From positions 2,656,001 through 2,720,000 of the forward strand of contig CP166615.1 in NCBI GenBank assembly GCA_041937175.2: a DNA stretch of 64,000 bases. The letters run 5' to 3'. This document shows, one piece after another, positions 21,087 to 31,700 of this stretch. A program made the position numbers and the translations under genes. The notes below the pieces were generated by a model. It was given only the letters and a program-made list of their open reading frames with translations. It was not told the DNA's origin and made no database searches. The stretch is from Limnothrix sp. BL-A-16 (GTDB lineage Bacteria > Cyanobacteriota > Cyanobacteriia > CACIAM-69d). The first letter of the stretch is position 1. The number at the start of each line of letters is the position of its first letter.

Positions 21087-21920
21087 TTAGGCCAAGGCCG
21101 CTCGCGGCGCATTCGTGCTGCTGGTGGCCTTCTGGTTGAGGGTTTCCAGGGCAGCGGCGGCGGCGGATTTTTCGGCTTCTTTTTTGGAGCGACCTTGGCC
21201 GGTTCCTAAAATCCGAGACCCCAATGAAACTTGGCAGGAAAAGAGGGGATTGTGATCCTGGCCGGCAATCTTTTGGGTGTTGTATTTCGGCAAGGAAAGA
21301 CCACATTTGTGGGCCCATTCTTGCAATTGATTTTTCACGTCGAGGCTCGATCGGGCCTGGAGTTCTTCAAGAGGCACTGCGTCAAACAAGGCTTCCACAA
21401 AGGGACGAACAATCTCCACATCCCCATGTTGATCGAGATAGTAAGCCCCAACCAAGGCTTCAAAAGCGCTGCTGAGTAAGTTGGGATTATGGCGACCTCC
21501 CATTTGCTCAACCCCTCGGCTCATTCGCAGTTGCTGACCCAAATTCAAGGCGATCGCAAACTGAGCCAGTTGCTTTTCATCAACGAGGGCCGATCGCCGC
21601 CGGGTCATTTCATCCTCGCCCAAATTGGGAAAACGGCGATACAAATAAGCCCCACTCACAAAGGTCAAAATCGCATCACCCAAAAATTCCAGTCGCTCGT
21701 TATCCTCACCCAGCCGTGGATTTTCCCGCACGAGCGATCGATGGGTGAGGGCCTGAATCAACAGGCTTTGGCAATTAAACCGAGGTAGCTCCGGCACCAA
21801 ATGGGGCATCAACGACGTTTGGGCGATCGACTCCTGAACAGCAAGGGATTTGGCAGGTCGCGGCCAGGTAACCACCCTAGGGCGTTCGGAACCAGACGGC
21901 TGTTGAGCAAAGGCGGTCAT
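21087..21920 (-). CDS. rnc: Ribonuclease III
   Basis: ALTHRS, NERLEFLGDAIL, FEALVGA, C-terminal dsRBD (GRSKKEAEKSAA). Confidence 0.95.
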   Translation of the reverse strand: MTAFAQQPSGSERPRVVTWPRPAKSLAVQESIAQTSLMPHLVPELPRFNCQSLLIQALTHRSLVRENPRLGEDNERLEFLGDAILTFVSGAYLYRRFPNLGEDEMTRRRSALVDEKQLAQFAIALNLGQQLRMSRGVEQMGGRHNPNLLSSAFEALVGAYYLDQHGDVEIVRPFVEALFDAVPLEELQARSSLDVKNQLQEWAHKCGLSLPKYNTQKIAGQDHNPLFSCQVSLGSRILGTGQGRSKKEAEKSAAAAALETLNQKATSSTNAPRAALA

Positions 21921-22425
21921 AACGGCGTTGAGTCCTTGGATTGGGAGATTTTGGGCATTGGCAATGGGCCAGTGATCCTAAATAGGCAAGAGGCACAACA
22001 GCAAAACAGCCAGAGTTGGGAGCGCCAGCCACCCAATGCAATCACAACTACGGCGCAGCATCTGATCTTGAATCTCAACCGAGTTGCTAACTATGTGGAC
22101 TGCGAGCCTCAGGACTTTGGCGACTATCGGCGTTCTTGCATATCAAACCTTTACCAGAGCTAGAGCAGAGCTTAAACCCCTACTGGGTTTGGCAGATTAT
22201 GAGTAGAGATTGTCTTATATGGCTAATACCGTATCGATCAATCGTGAAAAACTCGGGAAAGCAATTCTTCAATTCAAGCCTGCTCCAAGGGTAGTTTACC
22301 GCGCTCGAATAGTTGCAGGTCAAAGCATTGGGGGCTTTTTAAAGGTTTCATCAAGCCCCTTAAGCATGAGTGACAGATATCAAATTGGCACGCGATCGCC
22401 CAAAGGACTCTCGCCCCCCATCTGA

Positions 22426-22556
22426 GAGGATGTCTGAAAAGCCAAAATTGCTATTCTGTACGCCCCAGAGATCGATGTAGACAAGGGGCTTAAGCCCCTT
22501 GTTCCTACGACAATTAATCTTCAGCCCATATTGAAAGATACTTCTCAGACATCCTC
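22426..22556 (+). mobile_element. MITE, same family as 740-870
   Basis: GAGGATGTCTGAAAAG ... CTTCTCAGACATCCTC, 131 bp; perfect core ACAAGGGGCTTAAGCCCCTTGT at 22481-22502; preceded by TGA, followed by TAA. Confidence 0.85.
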
Positions 22557-22559
22557 TAA

Positions 22560-22685
22560 GAGGATGTTTAAAAAGTATTCTTTGGCACGGGCAAGCACCA
22601 ATAGTCGTGGAAGGGGCTTGAGCATCTTGTCTCAGTCGATCGCTGGGACATCCAGAACAGCCATTTTGGCTTTTCAGACATCCTC
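22560..22685 (-). mobile_element. MITE, same family, inverted and abutting the previous copy
   Basis: GAGGATGTTTAAAAAG...CTTTTCAGACATCCTC; internal TTTGGCACGGGCAAGCACCAATAGTCGTGG matches the reverse complement of the right arm of 740-870. Confidence 0.8.
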
Positions 22686-22703
22686 TAGGAGGACAGATTC
22701 GTG

Positions 22704-24563
22704 CTAGGAATGGGCGCGATGGATCGGTAACACCACAAGAATTTCCGTTCCTCGATCGAGGGTCGATCGACAGATCAGTTGTCCCCGATGATGTTCCACC
22801 ACAATTTGATAGGTAATGCTTAGTCCCAAGCCCGTTCCCATCCCCACGGGCTTGGTGGTGAAGAACGGATCGAATAATTTGGGTTGAATGGCTTCGGGAA
22901 TTCCGGGGCCATTATCCGCGATCGTGATGGTGAGGTGCTCAGAATCAGACAGGGCTGTGGCAATCCGAATTTGACTTGGTTGATTGAGGCATTCTTGATA
23001 GCTTCGTGAGCGATCGCGCTCATCCAACGCATCGATCGCATTCGTCAGCAAATGCATCAACGCTTGATTGAGTTGTCCTGCAAAACAGTCGATTGGGGGA
23101 ACGGAGCCATAATCACGAACAATTTGAATTTCCGGGCGTTCATTCTGCTCCCGCAATCGATAGCCCAAAATTGTGAGAGCACTCTCGATCGACTCATGCA
23201 AATCAATTGTTTTGAATTCCGCCTCGTCCAGCCGTGAAAACACCCGCAGGGATTTCACAATGTCGCGAATCCGACCAGTGCCCACTTCCATTGAAGAAAA
23301 CACACGATCTAAGTCACCTTGAATGAATTCCAGATCGCTTTCTTGAATCGCCTCTTGCAAATGCTGGGGAGGGTTGGGATAGGCTTCTTGATAAAGCGCC
23401 ACTAGGGCTTGCAACTCCTGGGCATAGTTCTTGGCATGGTAGAGATTGCTATAAACAAAACCCGCTGGATTATTAATTTCATGGGCAATGCCTGCCACCA
23501 TTTTGCCCAAACTAGACATTTTTTCCGAATGGACGAGGCGACTTTGAGCCTGGTGTAGCTCACTCATATACAAATCGGCCCATTCAACCAGTTGATTAAA
23601 TGCCATGGATAAATCGGCAGTGGTTTTATCCTCTTGAGTGATCGGCGCTCTTAACTTTAAGTTGTTTTCCGTAGTGACTTTTTGGACTGTTTTAGTCAGC
23701 TCCAGCAAGGGTGTTGTGATCGTTTTGCCAGCCATTAACGATAGGAAAATTCCCAACAACAAACTCACGAACAAACTGCCGCCCACAATCAGCGCTTGAA
23801 TTTGTCGAATTTCCTGGAGTTGATCCGTGCCAATATTTTCCTGTTCTTCTACTTTTTCAGCCGTATCTAGAAGTTCCTGATGAATGCTATTCAGTTCTAA
23901 ATAGAGCGATCGATAGGAATCACTCACCAGAAAATTCACCAGGGTTTGATGGGCTGCTTCATATTCCTGAGTCGTGTATCCCGGTCGAAGGGTCAATGAC
24001 TGTAATAGGGGAAAAGCAAAGCGCTGATAGTGGCGCATGGACTCATTAAGGCGACTCATTAATTGTTGCCACTGAGCCGCATCAATTCCATCTTTCTGAT
24101 CTTTCATGGTGACCGAGAATTCCACCAACTCCCGGCGCAACTCCGCCAATTTATCGAGGTGTTGTCGTTGGCGATCTTGGAACTGTGATGGATAGCGCAA
24201 TAAGTACAAAGACTCGAATGGGTAATTGAGAATCACCATCCAGTCATCTGCAAAATGGGCTAATTCCTCTTGGCGAATATCAGCAGCCCGAATTTCTGCG
24301 ACGGTTTCGACCGCATAACGGTTGCCCACAAATAGGCCAACACTGGTTCCCAAAATGGCTGTGAAAATTGCTGTTCCAGAAGCTAAACACACTTTCCGCG
24401 CAATGCTCCAATCGCGCGAAAAATGATTCAAGAGTCGTTGATATTTCCCGATCGTGAGGTCTGCCAAACGCCGTGACCACTTTCCTCGGGCAGTCGATTG
24501 AGGACGCGACCAAGGATCCTGTGGAGGGGATGATTGCAGCACGGTACGAGACTTGGCGATCAT
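22704..24563 (-). CDS. Membrane sensor histidine kinase (2 TM, helical sensor, HAMP, HisKA, HATPase)
   Basis: AHEINNP, GQLNQ..M.LL.NAIDAL, DNGPG, FFTTKPVG.GTGLGLSI. Confidence 0.92.
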   Translation of the reverse strand: MIAKSRTVLQSSPPQDPWSRPQSTARGKWSRRLADLTIGKYQRLLNHFSRDWSIARKVCLASGTAIFTAILGTSVGLFVGNRYAVETVAEIRAADIRQEELAHFADDWMVILNYPFESLYLLRYPSQFQDRQRQHLDKLAELRRELVEFSVTMKDQKDGIDAAQWQQLMSRLNESMRHYQRFAFPLLQSLTLRPGYTTQEYEAAHQTLVNFLVSDSYRSLYLELNSIHQELLDTAEKVEEQENIGTDQLQEIRQIQALIVGGSLFVSLLLGIFLSLMAGKTITTPLLELTKTVQKVTTENNLKLRAPITQEDKTTADLSMAFNQLVEWADLYMSELHQAQSRLVHSEKMSSLGKMVAGIAHEINNPAGFVYSNLYHAKNYAQELQALVALYQEAYPNPPQHLQEAIQESDLEFIQGDLDRVFSSMEVGTGRIRDIVKSLRVFSRLDEAEFKTIDLHESIESALTILGYRLREQNERPEIQIVRDYGSVPPIDCFAGQLNQALMHLLTNAIDALDERDRSRSYQECLNQPSQIRIATALSDSEHLTITIADNGPGIPEAIQPKLFDPFFTTKPVGMGTGLGLSITYQIVVEHHRGQLICRSTLDRGTEILVVLPIHRAHS

Positions 24564-25376
24564 GGAAAATCAGTCCTGCAAGGAGATTGAAGCACGACTG
24601 GCACAATAGGAAACATGGCTCGTGAAACTTCACTGAGAAAAGCTGGCTCAATTGATCCTGAAGGCTCAACGAAGCTGGATCAATTTCCCAGGCTAATTTC
24701 AGTCTTGATTAAGCTTCACTTTCGAGGAATTGAAAAATTATGGATTAATGGCCACTATGGTTTGGGCGATGATTTGGGCGATCGCTCTGCGGAACAATTC
24801 AGACAGGAATTTTTTTAGGAAACTGAAATTCAGATCTGAAATCCAAATTTGTCAATTCACGATCAAAATCAACATTCAAGATCAACACTCAAAGGTTAAT
24901 GTTGATGATTTAGACAAAAAATCATCAGCTAAACAATCAAAAAAAGCTGATAATTTCTATCTAGAATTGCCGCCCAGATTTAGCTAAAGCAATTTTATCA
25001 AGTGGGATTCATCAGTGTAGGCCGATTCAAGGTAGACCGATTCAAATTGATGCAAATCGACTCAAGTGATTTAACTTGGGTGAATTAGTGAATCAGGTGA
25101 GTCGGGTAAATGAATTGAAGCGGACTAGGTAGTGACGATTCAGCAACAGCCAAGATTTAGCAATCCATTCAGGCTTGTTGTATTTGACTTTACTTGCCAA
25201 GTGTAAAAATCTAGGGAAGACAGAGGAAAATTTACATCAAACCTAGGAAAGGTGGGCTTTCTGAAGGATTCCGCTGGGAAATTTTGGCGCGGAGGTCGAT
25301 CGAGAGGTAAAGCCTGTCGTCGTTTTCTGAAGTCAGGCGAAAACGGTTGATTTTCGATACCCCGATCGCCGCAACG

Positions 25377-25450
25377 AGGGGCTTAAGCCCCTTGTCTACA
25401 TCGATCCCTGGGGCGTACAGAGTAGCAATTTTGGCTTTTCAGACATTCTC
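25377..25450 (-). mobile_element. Half MITE (left arm only) of the same family
   Basis: AGGGGCTTAAGCCCCTTGTCTACATCGAT...TTTTGGCTTTTCAGACATTCTC is the reverse complement of the left arm of 22426-22556; followed by TAAGCCCCTTGTC. Confidence 0.75.
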
Positions 25451-25662
25451 TAAGCCCCTTGTCTTCCCGATCCACTAGGGTTGGAATCGGGGTTTTGAAC
25501 GATTTGCCGACATGCCCTGATGCCCTTGGGAGTGGATGGCCAGGGAATGGTGGGCTAGGCACAACCTAGACACAACTCTTAGCAACCTGTGATTAACTGG
25601 TAGCTACGTTGACCATTGCTGGCAAACGGGTCTTAATTTGGGTGAATGGAACAATTGGCAAC

Positions 25663-26751
25663 ATGAGCAATCCCTTGCGTATTGGACTGTTGTTTGGTGG
25701 GCGATCGGGCGAGCATGAGGTGTCGATTCGATCGGCGGCGGCGGCGGCTCGGGCCCTGCAAGCAGACAGCAATCGCGATCGCTATCAGGTGTTGCCGTTC
25801 TATTTGCAAAAGGATGGGCTTTGGCAAGGGCCAGCGGTGGCCCAAGGGGTGTTGGAGTCAGGGCAACCCTTGCCGAGTGACGATCGACCGACCGATCGCG
25901 CGGCGCTTTGGCAATTCCCCCCCGAGGCCACCACGGTGGATGTCTGGTTTCCGACGCTGCACGGGCCCAATGGGGAAGATGGGTCAGTCCAGGGGTTGCT
26001 GCAACTAATGCAGGTTCCCTGGGTCGGGTCGGGTGTGCTGGGGTCAGCGGCGGGCATGGACAAAATTGCCATGAAGATGCTGTTCGCCCAGGCGGGATTG
26101 CCGCAAGTGGCCTATCGACTGGTGACCCGATCGGAAGTTTGGTCCAATCCTTGCGTGTTTCCGAAGCTCTGCGATCAGCTTGAGGCGGATTTGGGCTATC
26201 CCTGCTTTGTGAAACCGGCGAATCTCGGATCCTCCGTGGGCATTGCCAAGGCGCGATCGCGTGCTGAATTGGAAGCGGCCCTGGACAGTGCAGCCAGTTT
26301 CGATCGACGGCTCATTGTGGAAGCGGCGGCGGGGGGCAAACCACGGGAGGTGGAATGCGCCGTGCTGGGCAATGATCAGCCGATCGCCTCGGTGATTGGG
26401 GAAATCACCTTCGAGAGCGAGTTTTATGACTACGACACCAAATATTCCGACGGGGCGGCGGACTTGGTGATTCCAGCAGCCTTGCCCGCCCCGGTGGTCG
26501 ATCGTCTGCAAACCATGGCCAAGGAGGCTTTTTTAGCCCTTGATTGTGCCGGGTTGGCGCGGGTTGATTTTTTCTATGTGGAAGCGACGGGCGAGATCTT
26601 TTTGAACGAGATCAACACCCTGCCGGGTTTCACCGCCACCAGTATGTATCCCCAATTGTGGGAAGCGACCGGAATTCCCTTTTCGGAATTAGTACACCGA
26701 TTGGTAACGCTGGCAATTGAACGTCATACCGTGGCACAAGGGGCGCAGTAA
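25663..26751 (+). CDS. ddl: D-alanine--D-alanine ligase
   Basis: [47 protein letters not shown]. Confidence 0.97.
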   Translation: MSNPLRIGLLFGGRSGEHEVSIRSAAAAARALQADSNRDRYQVLPFYLQKDGLWQGPAVAQGVLESGQPLPSDDRPTDRAALWQFPPEATTVDVWFPTLHGPNGEDGSVQGLLQLMQVPWVGSGVLGSAAGMDKIAMKMLFAQAGLPQVAYRLVTRSEVWSNPCVFPKLCDQLEADLGYPCFVKPANLGSSVGIAKARSRAELEAALDSAASFDRRLIVEAAAGGKPREVECAVLGNDQPIASVIGEITFESEFYDYDTKYSDGAADLVIPAALPAPVVDRLQTMAKEAFLALDCAGLARVDFFYVEATGEIFLNEINTLPGFTATSMYPQLWEATGIPFSELVHRLVTLAIERHTVAQGAQ

Positions 26752-27711
26752 ATGACGGCTGGAGCATCGCGATCATCTTCTTTACCGGATGGGGAATCGA
26801 ATCCTTTTGATGCGGCCCTGAAGCGAGGATCGCCCCAGTTGCCGGCCTTGCCGCCGCGCCCGATGCCGCCGGCCGCGCCCGCTCCGTTGCCACGTTATGG
26901 GCCGCCACCGCCGCTATCGGCTCCGTTGCCGCGATCGCCCCAACCGCTGCCAAAACCCGCCCCAAAGCCTGAACCAGCACCCAGAGAAGAGGCGCTGCCC
27001 CAGCACGGCGATCTTGATCGCAACGGCTCGATCATTGGTGCAAATCGCCCTCGATCGATATCCCTAGGTCGCAATGGACTGGATCGCAATGGACTAGACC
27101 GCACTGATCAACCCAGTCAATCTAGATCCGCCGACCAGGATTCAGCACAGCCCAATCCTGCCTTCGGAAATCGCGGGCGATCGCGCTATCGTCGGCCCGG
27201 GCGATCGAGTGACGGGGCCCCGACTTCCTCAACGGCCCTTGCTCCGATCGGGCGATCGCGCCGTCGCCGGCCGTCACCCACCTGGCTGGCCCAAATGCCA
27301 ACGGTGGTAACAGCTCTGGAGCGCCTGTTGCGGGGACGGGTCTTAATTGGGCTATTTGTGTTTTGGGCTTTGTTTTGGCTGGTGGGCGGCGTGGCGATCG
27401 TCCGCTTGCTGAAGATGGATCGCCCAGCGGAAGTGATTCCGTTGCAAGTGGGTCAAAACCCAGAGGGTTCAGGGGCGATCGGGAACACCGCCAGCCCCAG
27501 CCCCGCGCCGCCTCCCCTGCCCACCGACAGTGAGCGCCGTTTTCAACAAAATTCCACCACCGCCAACGCTCCGGCCAACGGCTTTGGAGAGTTGCAACCC
27601 ATGGTGCGCCCGCAGCGATCGGGCCCCCCGTTGGGATTATTTGCCGGAGTGGTGGTGCTCTGTAGTTTGGGCGCTTGGGTGCGCTTACAACAAATGAGTC
27701 GCCGGCCCTAG
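26752..27711 (+). CDS. Hypothetical Pro/Arg-rich membrane protein (2 TM)
   Basis: Starts directly after the ddl stop; low-complexity N-terminus and two hydrophobic segments. Confidence 0.65.
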   Translation: MTAGASRSSSLPDGESNPFDAALKRGSPQLPALPPRPMPPAAPAPLPRYGPPPPLSAPLPRSPQPLPKPAPKPEPAPREEALPQHGDLDRNGSIIGANRPRSISLGRNGLDRNGLDRTDQPSQSRSADQDSAQPNPAFGNRGRSRYRRPGRSSDGAPTSSTALAPIGRSRRRRPSPTWLAQMPTVVTALERLLRGRVLIGLFVFWALFWLVGGVAIVRLLKMDRPAEVIPLQVGQNPEGSGAIGNTASPSPAPPPLPTDSERRFQQNSTTANAPANGFGELQPMVRPQRSGPPLGLFAGVVVLCSLGAWVRLQQMSRRP

Positions 27712-27888
27712 GGCAATCCATAGAATGAAAAACGAGAGCGATCGACCGGCAAAGCCTAACGCCCCCCATCCATTGGTTTGATGACCTTTGGGGTTGAGTT
27801 TGGGGTGAATTTCGGTTTAGACCAAGGGTTGGGCAAAATCAAAAGTTGCGAACAAAGCCGTTGCGATCGGGCAACAGGAGAACTGAAT

Positions 27889-28710
27889 TTGGCCTTGCGC
27901 ATTCAACAGCTACAGCAATGGAAACAACAGGGTCGCCCGATCGCAGCTCTCACGGCCTGGGATTGGCTGTGGGCCCGTCTGCTCGATCGCGCGGGGGTTG
28001 ATCTGCTGCTGGTGGGCGACTCCTTGGCCATGGTGGCCCTGGGCCACAAAACCACCCTGCCCCTAACCCTCGACCAAATGATTCACCACGCGGCCGCCGT
28101 TGCCCGTGGGGTGGAGAGCGCTTTGGTGGTGGTGGATTTACCCTTTTTGACCTACCAAGCCAGTGCAGCGGAAGCCATCACCTCCGCCGGTCGGATTTTG
28201 AAGGAAACCGGGGCACAGGCCGTGAAGCTCGAAGGGGGCTATCCGGAAATGGCCGCCACCGTGGCTCGATTGGTGCGATCGGGCATTCCCGTCATGGGCC
28301 ATGTGGGCCTCACCCCCCAATCGGTGAATCAACTGGGCTATCGACAACAGGGCCGCAGCCCGGCCGAGGGCGATCGCATCCTAGCCGAAGCCCTCGCCCT
28401 AGAGGCCGCCGGGGCGTTTGCCATTGTTTTGGAGCATGTACCCGCCACCCTGGCCGAGCGCATTACCCGACAGCTCGCCATCCCCACCATCGGCATCGGG
28501 GCGGGCACAGCCTGCGATGGTCAGGTACTGGTGACCGCCGACCTATTGGGCTTGAGCGACCAAACCCCGCCCTTCTCCAAAACCTACGCGGATTTGGGAG
28601 CAGCGGTGATTGCGGCGGCGGAAACCTACTGCCAAGAGGTGCGATCGAGACAATTTCCACCGGCTTCCCTATCGGCCGCTTCCCAGACTCACCAGTCGAT
28701 CGGCTCCTGA
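27889..28710 (+). CDS. panB: 3-methyl-2-oxobutanoate hydroxymethyltransferase
   Basis: [48 protein letters not shown] 27889 follows AGGAG. Confidence 0.96.
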   Translation: MALRIQQLQQWKQQGRPIAALTAWDWLWARLLDRAGVDLLLVGDSLAMVALGHKTTLPLTLDQMIHHAAAVARGVESALVVVDLPFLTYQASAAEAITSAGRILKETGAQAVKLEGGYPEMAATVARLVRSGIPVMGHVGLTPQSVNQLGYRQQGRSPAEGDRILAEALALEAAGAFAIVLEHVPATLAERITRQLAIPTIGIGAGTACDGQVLVTADLLGLSDQTPPFSKTYADLGAAVIAAAETYCQEVRSRQFPPASLSAASQTHQSIGS

Positions 28711-28783
28711 TTCGCGCCTCCTCATTGGCTTCTGATTGGGAACCACATCAAGCCCAGTGCCCGGCATCTTGGCTACCAGCCCC

Positions 28784-31700
28784 TCAAGAGGGCGCATTGG
28801 GCTGCCAAAGCGGAATCGTAATTTCAAACGTGCTGCCTTCCCCAGGGGCTGACTCGCAAATCAGCGTGCCCCCGTGCTTCTCCGTCACAATTTGGTAGCT
28901 AATTGACAATCCCAGCCCCGTGCCTTTGCCCACGGGCTTGGTGGTGTAAAACGGGTCAAACAGCCGTTGCTGCACCTCCTGCGGAATTCCCAGCCCATTA
29001 TCTTGAATCCGAATCACCGCTTGCTCACCCCGGCGTTCCGTCATAATCCGAATTCGGCTCGGGTTCGCTTGCATTTCCGCCATCGATCGCTGCTGATCTC
29101 GTTCCTCCAAGGTGTCGATCGCATTGACCAAAATATTCATAAACACCTGATTGAGTTGCCCCGCATAGCACTCAATTTCTGGCAATGTTCCATAATCTCG
29201 AATCACCTCAATACCCAACCGATTATTCTTCGGTTTCATCCGCCCATTCAAAATTGTGAGGGTGCTATCCAATCCCTCATGGATATTCACCACCTTCATT
29301 TCCGCCTCATCCATGCGGGAGAAAATTCGCAGTGATTGCACAATTTCCTTAATTCGCTCTGCCCCCAATTTCATCGAATCAAGCATTTTGGGCAAATCAA
29401 TCATCAAAAAGTCCAGATCAATTTCCTCAATGAGGTCAGCGATCGGCTGTTCTAAATCAGGATAAAAGTCGCGATATAACGCCACTAATCGCAATAGATC
29501 TCTGCTGTAATCTTCCGTATGAGCTAAGTTGCCATAAATAAAGTTCACGGGATTATTAATCTCATGGGCTACCCCAGCCACCAACTGCCCCAAACTCGAC
29601 ATTTTTTCCTGTTGCACCAATTTGGTTTGGGTCAGGCGCAGTTCTTGTAACGCTTGCTCTAGGGCGATCGCCTTGGCACGGGCTTCGGCGGCGGCCATTT
29701 CGGTTCGCTCAAACAAATCTGCCTGATTTTTCGCGATCGCCACCTGATTCACCACAGCCTGCACCAACGCCACCTCATCCGACTGCCACTGATGCTGATG
29801 GGATATCTGCGAGCAAGAGATCACCACCATGCGGGAACTGTGGATCCGCACCGGCACAATCAAGAGCGATCGCACCTTCGTGCGAGACAGGGCCAGCCGC
29901 TCTTGGGCAGGTAGTTGTTTCACGTCGTCAATTTGCACCACTTCCATCCGAGCAACCTTCGCCGCCAACGAGCCAAATTGAGACTCGTGGTAAGTACCAA
30001 TTGCCGAAGGAATAGCGGGATCTCTCGCTTCCGCCACAACCGTCCAAGCCCCATCTGCCAGTCCCTCGGTTGCTGAATTGGTCGCCGATTCCGCTTCCAA
30101 GGTCGTTTGGTTAATTGGTTGGTCAGTTAGTTGATCAGTGGGTTGGTCAATTGGTTGGTCAACGGATTGATTACTCGGTTCCTCAACTCGTTGATTCGCT
30201 TGTTCACTAACCTGCTGGTCATACAAGGCGAAGGTGGCTAGATCGACCCCCAAGGCCAGGCGAATTTCCTCCAAGGCAAACCCAATCACCTGTTCCTTGG
30301 AGCCATGGATGCTTTTGCGAATTTCCGTTGAAAGGGTATTAATCAGCCGTTCCCGTTCCACCTGTCGTTGCAAACAGTGCTGGGAATCTCGCAGGGCCTG
30401 TTCCACCTGCTTCAGGGCTGCAATGTTTCGGGCCACGTTGGACAGATATTCCACCTGTCCATTGCGCCCGTAATGCACCAAAGCCACTTGGGACACGGGA
30501 ATCGGATTCCCGGCTCGATCGCAAAATAAGCTTTCCCCTTGCCACACCCCTTCCTGCAACAACTGGGGAAACTGCTCTTGAATCCGGTTCCGCTCCGAGG
30601 GGTGCAGCAACTGGGCAATGTTCAAGCGCAAAATCTCCTCGGCGCTGTAGCCCAACATGGCGCAACCAGCGGGGTTGACATAGGTTAAGTTGCCGTGAAT
30701 GTCGGTGGTTCCCACAAAGTCCGTGGTCGCCTCCAAAATGGCTAGCAGGCGCTGTTGTTCCCGTTCAATTTGCTTGCGTTCCGTGGTGTCGATCGCCACC
30801 AACAGCAATCCGGTAATGGCCCCCGTGTGATCTCGCAGCGGTGTTTTAACCACATCAAAATCACGCAATTCGCCGGCCGCATTGGGGAACTGCTCTTCAA
30901 CTTGAATCGTTTTCCCGAGGGTAAGGCAGCGTTGATCGGACAGCAGACAAACGCGGCAGGACTCTTCTCCCAGCACGTCTTGATAGTGATTGGCCGCCAG
31001 CAGGGTAGATTCTTCGATGCCAAAGGTTTGACAGAGGGGCCGATTGGCCAAGCGCACTCGCCCTTGGGCATCCGTGAGCCAAATCAGCAGTGGGGCCGTG
31101 TCCAGCACGGTGCGCAGGGTGCGCTCCTGTTCCATCAGGCGAATTTCGGCCTGTTTGCGTTCGGTAATGTCCGTGTCCACCCCCACCCACTCGCGGATGG
31201 TTCCATCGGCTTCCAACACGGGCACACCCCGCACCACCATGTAGCGATATTCACCATCGGCACGACGCAACCGATGCTCAATTTTGTAGGGCTGTTGTTG
31301 TTGGCGGGCCGTTTGCCAAGCTGCTTGGGTATAACCGCGATCGTCGGGGTGAACGGCCATCAACCATCCTTGGCCGCAATAGTCTGCAAAGGATTGGCCG
31401 GTGAAGTGGGCCCAGTGGGGCATGGGTTCGGTGACTTCTCCATCGGCGTTGGTGTGCCACAGGGTTTGGCCCATGGCTTCCACCAGGCAGCGATAGCGTT
31501 CTTCGCTTTGGCGCAGGCGATCTTCGGCCACGATGCGGGCGGTGATGTCGGTGGCAATGGACAGACAGCCAATCATGTCCCCCTGCTCGTTGCGAAGGGG
31601 GGCGTTTTGCCATTCGCAAAGGATGATGCGACCGTCGCGGGTGCGGTTGTAGTTGCGGAACCGGCTGCCGCCACGACCGGTCATCAGATCGGCAATCAGG

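Noticed and set aside
19522..21318. 598-aa minus-strand ORF
   Set aside because: Antisense shadow of miaB; no recognisable motifs; expected from GC-rich codon bias.
24564..25660. Small ORFs and TGAAT/GATTCAA-rich degenerate repeats in a ~1.1 kb intergenic region
   Set aside because: No convincing coding signal or definable repeat unit; an sRNA cannot be excluded by eye.
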